DNA from: Chthonomonadales bacterium
Lineage (GTDB): Bacteria; Armatimonadota; Chthonomonadetes; Chthonomonadales; CAJBBX01
DNA length: 64,000 bases
Direction: 5' to 3'
Assembly: GCA_037443035.1 (NCBI GenBank)
Contig: JBBIPC010000001.1
Span: forward strand, 128,001 to 192,000
The position numbers and the translations under genes are program-made. The first letter of the stretch is position 1. Each line of letters begins with the position of its first letter. Shown here in pieces: positions 56,803-64,000 of the stretch. Under the pieces are notes generated by a model. It saw only the letters and a program-made list of their open reading frames with translations. It had not been told where the DNA came from and made no database searches.

Positions 56803-56879
56803 ATGATCTCCGTGATCCATGGTTGCAGGCACTCGACTGACTCGACGCCAACGGCAGCCGCCGTGTTCCTGGGGGAGCG

Positions 56880-58628
56880 CTATCGAGGTTTGACGGAGAT
56901 GGGTTCGGCGCCAGCTTCTACTGGAGCTTTCGGTATGCGGAACCAGAAGGTGCTGCCCTTACCTAGCTCCGTGTCCACCCATATCGTACCGTGGTGCGCC
57001 TCCACCAAGTTCTTGACCAAGAAGAGACCGATACCGGTGCCCTTGATGCCTGCGGTCTTCGGGTTGTGGATGCGTAGGTACGGGCGGAACAGCCTGTTGC
57101 GGGCAGATTCAGGAATCCCTGTACCGTGATCCTGAACCCCGAGAAGGACGGTTCGTTGGTCTGGTTCATCTCTGATGATGATCCGCACTTCCCCGCCGTC
57201 GGGTGAGTACTTGATGGCGTTGCTTACAAGGTTCTGGAGGACTTGCTCGATTTGATCTTTGCCCACCGTTGCCCAGACATGTTCCGGAACAGAGTCCACG
57301 ACCAGAGTGTGCTTCTCGGTGTTCGTCATCCCGCGCTGCACTTCGAAGACCGACTCGGCAAGTTCGGTCAGGTCTACCTCTTCCCAGAACAGTTGCAGAG
57401 CGATGCCTCGCTCAATGCGTGTGACGTTCAGTAGGTCATTGATCAGGCGCCCCAGCCGGTCCACGTTTTGCTCGATGATCGCGTAGTATTCCTGGCGCTC
57501 TTCGAAGGTGAACGAGTCATCTTTGTCCTGCGCAAGCATGCTGATGAAGCCCTTGATGGGGGTCATGGGGGTGCGCAGTTCATGGGCAGCGATGGCCACG
57601 AACTCGGTTTTCATCCGCTCGAGGTTGCGAATCTCTGTAATGTCGTTGAAGATGATCGCAGTCCCGATGAGCGTTCGCTGCTCGTCGCGGACTTGCGCTG
57701 CGTGCATCTGAAAGACCCGTTCTTCCCCTGTTTCGTTATCGAGGACTCCTATCTCCTCGGCTAGCTGGTTCAGCTCCGCATCCACGGACCCGTTGTCAGC
57801 TTCCGAACCGGCCGCAAGCAGGCGATCGACGGCGGCTAGTGCGGCTTCATGCTTGATGACGTCCCTCCAGCTCTTGCCGATCGGATCCTCGGTCACACCG
57901 AACATTTGTCGCGCACGAGCATTCATCTGCATGAGGTTGCCTTTGCTGCCAATGAGGATGAGCCCGGCATAGAGGCTTTCGATCGTCTGAACGAGCTTCT
58001 GCTTCTCCTCTACCAGCTCGCGGTACATCTGTGCGTTGGAGATCACCGAGGCAGCGTTGCGGGACATGCGCTCCAGGAGGCTGACATCCTCCTCGTTGAA
58101 CTCGCCATCGTAGCGTTTGTTGAAGACGCTGAGTACGCCGATGGGGATGCGGTCCAGTACGCGGTTCTCTTCGTCACGGCGCTCCACGACAAGCGGGACG
58201 ATAACCCCGTTCCGAATGTGCAACAACGCCACGTTCTCTTTGACTGTCCGCGGATCATGGACCGCGTCTACGATGATCGCCGGTCTTTCGGTACGGTAGA
58301 CTTCGCCGGCGACGCCTTCTGTGACCTTGACACGGAGCATGCGGAGATCAGTGCTACTGATACCGTAGGCTGGCGCCCTGGCGACAAGCTCGCCGCTCTC
58401 CTTGTCCAGGATCATGATCACGCACTTCTCGGCCTGGAGGATCATGGCGACACGCTGCACAAGACGCTTGAGGGTCTCCTCGAACTCTGTGATGGAGATC
58501 TGTCCTTCCGTCACCTCGGATGCCCGGATGCCTTGCTGCAGGCGTACAATCTCAGCGCGTGCCGCGGCCAGCTCCCGCTCGAGCTCTTCGATTCGTCTCT
58601 GCAGCACGGCGATATTGTCTTGAGCCAT
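56880..58628 (-). CDS. Cytoplasmic sensor histidine kinase (coiled coil-GAF-PAS-HisKA-HATPase)
   Basis: GAF NK..F...[38 protein letters not shown]; no TM segment. Confidence 0.92.
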   Translation of the reverse strand: MAQDNIAVLQRRIEELERELAAARAEIVRLQQGIRASEVTEGQISITEFEETLKRLVQRVAMILQAEKCVIMILDKESGELVARAPAYGISSTDLRMLRVKVTEGVAGEVYRTERPAIIVDAVHDPRTVKENVALLHIRNGVIVPLVVERRDEENRVLDRIPIGVLSVFNKRYDGEFNEEDVSLLERMSRNAASVISNAQMYRELVEEKQKLVQTIESLYAGLILIGSKGNLMQMNARARQMFGVTEDPIGKSWRDVIKHEAALAAVDRLLAAGSEADNGSVDAELNQLAEEIGVLDNETGEERVFQMHAAQVRDEQRTLIGTAIIFNDITEIRNLERMKTEFVAIAAHELRTPMTPIKGFISMLAQDKDDSFTFEERQEYYAIIEQNVDRLGRLINDLLNVTRIERGIALQLFWEEVDLTELAESVFEVQRGMTNTEKHTLVVDSVPEHVWATVGKDQIEQVLQNLVSNAIKYSPDGGEVRIIIRDEPDQRTVLLGVQDHGTGIPESARNRLFRPYLRIHNPKTAGIKGTGIGLFLVKNLVEAHHGTIWVDTELGKGSTFWFRIPKAPVEAGAEPISVKPR

Positions 58629-58749
58629 GACGTTGATCTCCAGCCTATGTATGGTGCATTCGCAACGGATTATACCTGCCACGCATGGAGCGAGGGCCAT
58701 CGCGATGGGCAGTGGTGCAACCCCGAAGCGGTGCGTACCGTAGTACGGC

Positions 58750-60054
58750 ATGGGACGCGATATGGACAGGTCTGCCTTGGACGATCTTCTCGAACGTGGT
58801 CTTGCCCGGGCACGCGCTGAGCAGTGGATGGCGGCTGCGGATCTGTTTCGGCGTGCGGTAGCGGTCGATCACCGGTCTGGAGAAGCGTGCTTTCGGCTTG
58901 GATGGGCCTTGTGGAATCAGGCACGCCTCCAACAACCGACGCTGGCGGATCTCGGGGTCGGCTACCTGGCCCAGCTTGTCGGCGCAGAATCCGTAGCGAG
59001 ACCGAGAGCGCGCAAGTTCGCCGCCCACAGGCGCCTTCTCAATGAAGCGGCACATTGGCTGCGGCAATCTCTGGAGCTGAGGCCGAACGATGCTGAGGCC
59101 TACTACTATCTTGCGCGGACGCTGCGAGAGCTGGGATACCGCTCGGATGCCACGGACGCCGCCCGGCGCGCCACAGAGATCGAGCCCGACAACAGTCGGT
59201 ACAGCGCCCTGGCACGAGAATATGCAAGCGTGGCGACGAGTGCGTTCACCCGCGTGCAACCGGCCACAGAGCCCTTGTCTACCATCCGGAGGCTATCCTG
59301 GGACGACGTCATTCTCGATGCGCGAACCAAGCGCGAGCTCCGACAGGTTCAACTCATGTTGGAGAAGCCGGACATGGCCCGGGAGCTCGGCGTGGAGCCT
59401 CCGACTGGCATCCTGCTCAAGGGCGCGCCCGGGACTGGAAAGACGACGATCGCGCGCGTCCTCGCCGCTGAGGCCCGATGCCATTTCTTCGCTATCACGC
59501 CTGCGGACATCAACCAGATGTTCGTGGGCGAGTCCGAGAAGCGCGTCCGCGACCTCTTCGCCAGTGCCAGGGAGAACGCCCCTTCCATCATCTTCATAGA
59601 CGAAATAGATGCACTGCTACCGGCGAGGCAGGGTGGAGTGGCTGTGCACTACGACAAGGTCGTCAACCAGTTCCTCCAGGAGATGGACGGCATGACGCCC
59701 AACCAGCGCGTGCTGGTGGTTGGGGCGACGAATCGCGAAGATATGCTGGACCCCGCGGTGCGGCGGGGAGGACGCCTGTCCAGGGAGATCGAGATCCCGC
59801 TACCAGATGCGACTATGCGTCTGGACCTTCTTCGGTTGTTCACGAAGCATGTTCGTCTAGCCGAGGACGTGGACCTGGAAGCGCTGGCATCGCAGAGCGA
59901 CGGCTGGTCTGGCGCGGACCTCCGTGCGTTAGTCAATGAGGCCGGTCTTCAGGCCCTCATCCGGATTGCCGATGGTGGTGAGGAGAACATACCTCGGGCG
60001 GTATCGTACGCGGACTTCGAGAGTGCTCTCAGAAACATGGAGGACCGTGACTGA
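58750..60054 (+). CDS. TPR-domain AAA+ ATPase (Cdc48/FtsH-like classic clade, single AAA domain)
   Basis: N-terminal TPRs; GAPGTGKT, MFVGE pore loop, IIFIDE, ATNR..LDPAVRRGGR, GWSGADL. Confidence 0.88.
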   Translation: MGRDMDRSALDDLLERGLARARAEQWMAAADLFRRAVAVDHRSGEACFRLGWALWNQARLQQPTLADLGVGYLAQLVGAESVARPRARKFAAHRRLLNEAAHWLRQSLELRPNDAEAYYYLARTLRELGYRSDATDAARRATEIEPDNSRYSALAREYASVATSAFTRVQPATEPLSTIRRLSWDDVILDARTKRELRQVQLMLEKPDMARELGVEPPTGILLKGAPGTGKTTIARVLAAEARCHFFAITPADINQMFVGESEKRVRDLFASARENAPSIIFIDEIDALLPARQGGVAVHYDKVVNQFLQEMDGMTPNQRVLVVGATNREDMLDPAVRRGGRLSREIEIPLPDATMRLDLLRLFTKHVRLAEDVDLEALASQSDGWSGADLRALVNEAGLQALIRIADGGEENIPRAVSYADFESALRNMEDRD

Positions 60055-60069
60055 AGGCCGCACCCCAGC

Positions 60070-60098
60070 TTGACGCGATACACGTGCCCATGTATACT
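60070..60098 (+). promoter_or_regulatory. sigma70 promoter for tRNA-Leu/trp operon
   Basis: TTGACG (60070-60075), 17 bp, TATACT (60093-60098). Confidence 0.8.
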
Positions 60099-60123
60099 GC
60101 ATCATCGGCAGTGTTGCGGTGAT

Positions 60124-60197
60124 GCCCTGGTAGTCCAATCGGCAGAGACAAGCGACTTAAAATCGCTCGAGTGTGGGTTCGAATCCCTCCCAGGGCA
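60124..60197 (+). tRNA. tRNA-Leu(UAA), short variable loop
   Basis: GCCCTGG/CCAGGGC acceptor, AGCGA-CTTAAAA-TCGCT anticodon arm, GGTTCGAATCC, discriminator A; 74 nt, no CCA. Confidence 0.88.
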
Positions 60198-60222
60198 CGA
60201 TCACACTGCGCAGCAGCGTGCC

Positions 60223-61731
60223 ATGCAACTTCCAGGAACGCGACGTAGCCCCATCGTCTATCCGGGACCTGACGAATACGCCAGGCTCGCGCGGCCACAA
60301 CTGACCATTCCGATTGTGCGGGAAGTCCTGGCCGATCGGCTCACACCGGTCTCGGCCTATGAGAGAGTAGCGGATGGACCTGGCTCGTTCCTTCTCGAGA
60401 GCGTGGAAGGTGGCGAGAGGCTCGCGCGGTACTCCTTCATCGGATCCCGACCAGAGATGATCGTCCGCGCCCGCGATGGCACGGTGCGAGTGGATACCGC
60501 CCAGGGAACGGAAGTAAGGGAACTTGGCGCAAGCGAGACGCCGCTGGATGTGCTAAAGGAGATTCTGGCAAGGACGAAGATCGTAGATGTCCCTGGCCTC
60601 CCTAGGTTCGCTGGCGGTGCTGTTGGGTTCTTGGCCTATGACATCGTTCGTTACTTCGAGCGGCTGCCGACCCTTGCCCATGATGACTTGGGGGTGGACG
60701 ACGCGGCCTTCCTCGTCACGCGTACTCTGCTGGCTTTCGACCATGTTCGGCACCGAATCCTGATCATCTGCAATGCTACCATCGGGGATGATCCGTCGGC
60801 AGCTTACACCGAAGCCCTGGAACACATAGAGGAACTCGTGGAGCGTCTGCACGCACCGTATGTGCCGCCGACGGCGACCGCCGACGCACCTGTCCCAGTT
60901 CCGCGCGCGAACCTAAGCCAGGCCCAGTACGAGCGCATCGTGGAGACCTGCAAGGAACACATCTTCGCAGGAGACGCGTTTCAAGTCGTGCCTTCGCTTC
61001 GCTTCTCTGCAGATATCGGATGTCGTCCTCTAGAGCTCTATCGGGCGTTGCGATCCATCAACCCGTCGCCGTACATGTACTTCCTGGATTTCGGTGACTG
61101 TCAGGTGGTTGGCTCCTCGCCGGAGATTCTGGCAACGGTTGAGAACATGCGGGTTACGGTGCGTCCAATAGCGGGAACACGGCCGCGAGGAGCAACGCCA
61201 GCCGAGGACGAACGGCTCGCTGCTGAACTGCTGGCTGACGAGAAGGAGCGGGCGGAGCACATCATGCTGGTGGATCTCGGCAGGAACGATGTGGGGCGTG
61301 TCTCGGAGTTCGGCTCCGTCCAAGTAGAAGACCTGATGGTCATCGAACGGTACTCGCATGTCATGCATATTGTATCGAGCGTAACGGGCCATCTGGCAGA
61401 AGGAAAGACAGCGTTCGATGCAGTCCGCGCGTGCTTTCCTGCCGGCACCCTTACCGGAGCGCCGAAAGTGCGTGCCATGGAGATCATCGAGGAGCAGGAG
61501 CCAACACGTCGAGGGCTATATGGTGGCGCAGTGGGGTACTTCAGCTTCCGGGGAGATGCCGACTTCGCCATCGCCATACGCACCATGCTGGTCAAAGATG
61601 GCACCGCGCACATGCAGGCTGGCGCAGGGATCGTGGCAGACTCCTCTCCTGAACGCGAGTACCAGGAATGCGTCAATAAGGCGCGTGCTCTCATTGCTGC
61701 CATGGAAATGGCCCACGCCGGGTTAGAGTGA
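60223..61731 (+). CDS. trpE: Anthranilate synthase component I
   Basis: DRLTPVS, FLLESVEGGE..ARYSFIG, NPSPYMY, PIAGTRPRG, EHIMLVDLGRND, TLTGAPK; ORF-track start overlaps the tRNA, so ATG 60223 chosen. Confidence 0.93.
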   Translation: MQLPGTRRSPIVYPGPDEYARLARPQLTIPIVREVLADRLTPVSAYERVADGPGSFLLESVEGGERLARYSFIGSRPEMIVRARDGTVRVDTAQGTEVRELGASETPLDVLKEILARTKIVDVPGLPRFAGGAVGFLAYDIVRYFERLPTLAHDDLGVDDAAFLVTRTLLAFDHVRHRILIICNATIGDDPSAAYTEALEHIEELVERLHAPYVPPTATADAPVPVPRANLSQAQYERIVETCKEHIFAGDAFQVVPSLRFSADIGCRPLELYRALRSINPSPYMYFLDFGDCQVVGSSPEILATVENMRVTVRPIAGTRPRGATPAEDERLAAELLADEKERAEHIMLVDLGRNDVGRVSEFGSVQVEDLMVIERYSHVMHIVSSVTGHLAEGKTAFDAVRACFPAGTLTGAPKVRAMEIIEEQEPTRRGLYGGAVGYFSFRGDADFAIAIRTMLVKDGTAHMQAGAGIVADSSPEREYQECVNKARALIAAMEMAHAGLE

Positions 61732-61740
61732 GGCCGACGC

Positions 61741-62316
61741 ATGATCCTGGTCCTCGACAACTACGATAGCTTCACCTACAACCTGGTGCAGTATCTCGGC
61801 GAGATGGGCTGCAGCCTGCGGGTGTACCGCAACGACGAGGTAACGTGTGCTGAGATAGAGATGCTGAGGCCCAGTGGCATCGTCATCTCGCCAGGTCCCG
61901 GCACGCCCAAGGACTCAGGCGTCTGCATAGACGTGATCCGACAATTCGCCGGAAAGGTGCCAATCCTTGGCGTGTGTCTAGGGCACCAGGCCATCGGACA
62001 CGTGTTCGGTGGAGAAGTGGTGCGGAACAGCCGGGTCGTGCATGGCAAGACTTCGTGGATCCGCCATGATGGCGAAGGACTGTTCACCGACTGTCCGAAC
62101 CCCTTCGAGGCGACGCGGTATCACTCCCTTATCGTTCGGCGGGAAACCCTGCCAGCCTGTCTGGAAGTCAGCGCGTGGACCGATGAGGGCGAGATTATGG
62201 GGCTTAGGCACCGGGCACTACCTATCGAAGGCGTCCAGTTCCACCCCGAGTCCATCATGACTCGAGAGGGGAAGAGGCTACTACGCAACTTCCTCCGCGT
62301 GTGTTCCGACTCGTAG
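61741..62316 (+). CDS. trpG: Anthranilate synthase component II / glutamine amidotransferase
   Basis: [33 protein letters not shown]. Confidence 0.93.
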   Translation: MILVLDNYDSFTYNLVQYLGEMGCSLRVYRNDEVTCAEIEMLRPSGIVISPGPGTPKDSGVCIDVIRQFAGKVPILGVCLGHQAIGHVFGGEVVRNSRVVHGKTSWIRHDGEGLFTDCPNPFEATRYHSLIVRRETLPACLEVSAWTDEGEIMGLRHRALPIEGVQFHPESIMTREGKRLLRNFLRVCSDS

Positions 62317-62356
62317 CGCAAGTGGACGGCGCAGACGTCTCAGGTGCCGCCAGCCC

Positions 62357-63496
62357 GTGAAGACGCTGGGGTATCATACGCCCATGTTCGACTTCGAGCA
62401 GCGCATCACAGCGCTGAGGCAAGAATTGGTGCGTGCTGATCTCCGCGCCGTCGTAGTGGCGCCCACGGATCACATGCGGTACCTCGCTGGCTGGTCCGAG
62501 CCTGCGGGCGAGCGCTTCCTCGCTCTGTGGATCGCGGTTGACGATGAACCGGTTTTCGTGGCACCCGAGCTCTACGCTGAGGACATCGAGCGGAGGATGC
62601 GGATACACGCGCACGTTCGGACGTATCGGGACAGCGACGACTGGTCCAAGTGCCTGCCGACCTTGGCCGTTCCTGGGCAGGTCTCCATCGCCGTTGACGA
62701 TGACCTGCCGACCGTTCATTTTCTGCGGCTCCGAGCTTCACTGCCCGACGCAGGTTGGGTGGCTTGCGGTCCCATCATGCAGAGGCTTCGGGGCATCAAG
62801 ACTTCCGAGGAGGTGGCGGCGTTGGAACGGTCGGCTTCCATGGCGGACAGAGTCTACGGCGATGTCCTGCCACTTCTGCAACCAGGGGTTACAGAGCGGG
62901 CAGTGCAGTCCGCCATCACCGAGCGATTTGCACAGCTCGGTGCCGAGAGCTCCTGGGCGATCGTGGCCTTTGGCGCCAACGCATCTAGACCGCATCATCG
63001 GAGCGGTGGCACGCAACTCGAGAACGGGATGGTTATCGTTCTGGATCTGGGCGGTTCGCTCGACGGTTACCAATCCGACATCACGCGCACGGTCGTCTAC
63101 GGACGACCCGACCCGGAGGTGGAAAAGGTCTACTCGATTGTCCACAGCGCTCACATGGCAGCACTGGCTAGCGCTGTCCCCGGAAACCTGTGCGCAGACG
63201 TGGATCGCGCGGCGCGTGCGGTCATTGAGCAGGCTGGGTACGGCAAGCGCTTCCTGCATCGGACTGGTCACGGAATCGGCCTGTCGACGCATGAGCCGCC
63301 CAACCTCGCTGCAGACGACTTTACGGTGCTGCAACCAGGCATGTGCTTCAGCGACGAGCCAGGCATCTACTTCCCAGGACGCTACGGTGTTCGCATCGAG
63401 AACATCATCGCTCTAGAGGGGGTTGGAGCCCGCAGTTTGAACGCAGCAGCGCCAAGCACGTTACCCATCCTTGGAGATCAGGGTGTCTCGCGATGA
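62357..63496 (+). CDS. Xaa-Pro peptidase (M24B)
   Basis: Creatinase N-domain; PHH, DLG...YQSDITRT, HRTGHGIGL..HE.P, EPGIY..GVRIE; start may be ATG 62384. Confidence 0.92.
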   Translation: MKTLGYHTPMFDFEQRITALRQELVRADLRAVVVAPTDHMRYLAGWSEPAGERFLALWIAVDDEPVFVAPELYAEDIERRMRIHAHVRTYRDSDDWSKCLPTLAVPGQVSIAVDDDLPTVHFLRLRASLPDAGWVACGPIMQRLRGIKTSEEVAALERSASMADRVYGDVLPLLQPGVTERAVQSAITERFAQLGAESSWAIVAFGANASRPHHRSGGTQLENGMVIVLDLGGSLDGYQSDITRTVVYGRPDPEVEKVYSIVHSAHMAALASAVPGNLCADVDRAARAVIEQAGYGKRFLHRTGHGIGLSTHEPPNLAADDFTVLQPGMCFSDEPGIYFPGRYGVRIENIIALEGVGARSLNAAAPSTLPILGDQGVSR

Positions 63497-64000
63497 TCAG
63501 AGAAGCACTCGCCAAGATCGTATGCCGCGAAGATCTGACCGAAGAAGAAGCAGAGCAGCTGCTCGACTATCTTGTGGATGGCAATCCCACCCCGACTCAA
63601 GTCGGCGCCATCCTGGCTGGCCTGAGGACGAAAGGCGAGAGCGTTTCGGAGATAGCCGGCTTTGCTAGAGCGCTCCTGCGGCGAGCCGTGCCTGTCCAGC
63701 CAAGAAGGACGTCCCTGCTCGATACATGTGGCACGGGTGGGGACTCTTCTGGTACGTTCAACATCTCGACGGCGACAGCGTTCATCGTGGCAGCCGCGGG
63801 CATCGGTGTTGCGAAACATGGCAACCGTGCAGTGTCCGGACGATGTGGCTCAGCAGATGTGCTGGAAGCGCTAGGGGCGCGCATCGATCTTCCACCGGCG
63901 CATGTTGCTGAGTGCATTGACAAGGTCGGTATCGGGTTCCTCTTTGCTCCGAACTACCATCCAGCGTTCAAGGCTGTGACGGTGCCCCGAAAGGAACTCG
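63493..64000 (+). CDS. trpD: Anthranilate phosphoribosyltransferase, partial (not in ORF track)
   Basis: MIREALAKIV...LRTKGES..EIAG, DTCGTGGD.SGTFNIST, AKHGNRAVSG.CGSADVLEALG, FLFAP.YHP; ATGA overlap. Confidence 0.95.
   Translation, partial: MIREALAKIVCREDLTEEEAEQLLDYLVDGNPTPTQVGAILAGLRTKGESVSEIAGFARALLRRAVPVQPRRTSLLDTCGTGGDSSGTFNISTATAFIVAAAGIGVAKHGNRAVSGRCGSADVLEALGARIDLPPAHVAECIDKVGIGFLFAPNYHPAFKAVTVPRKEL

Noticed and set aside
60070..60222. N-terminal extension of TrpE given in the ORF track
   Set aside because: It overlaps the promoter and tRNA-Leu; the TTG is the -35 box
1..64000. CRISPR array, rRNA, intact IS or recognisable defence system
   Set aside because: No regularly spaced repeats, rRNA-like tracts, full transposase or known defence domains seen by eye

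Overview
GC-rich bacterial chromosomal segment, mostly housekeeping. Gene style (prepilin/DUF1559 protein, DUF4838 protein, Firmicute-like ffh-rpsP-khpA-rimM-trmD-rplS-lepB-rnhB block) suggests Armatimonadota, which is an inference. Contents in order: asnS (partial), leuS, two amidohydrolases, a 7-gene operon of mostly uncharacterised membrane proteins around a DUF6754-like gene, 5'-nucleotidase, ROK kinase, ccmABCDEF (Cys-type CcmE), a large secreted DUF4838 protein flanked by two decayed direct repeats, infC-rpmI-rplT-pheST, GT39-xerD-radC-translin-GT2-copZ-propeller-ldcA, the ffh/ribosomal block ending in an rnhB-yraN fusion, a DegT aminotransferase, an ECF sigma/anti-sigma/RseB-like trio, an orphan ParA flanked by two unknown genes, GH57, tRNA-Ser(UGA), hisC-aroF, cysS-ogg-dut-histidine kinase, a TPR-AAA ATPase, a short-arm tRNA-Leu(UAA) and trpE-trpG-pepP-trpD (partial). 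No CRISPR array, rRNA, prophage or intact IS was seen. The best candidates for undescribed systems are (1) the translationally coupled DUF6754 membrane operon, which includes two apparently related subunits of opposite predicted topology, (2) the orphan ParA three-gene module and (3) the bacterial translin next to xerD/radC. Family names come from motif recognition, not database searches, and many start codons were re-chosen by eye.
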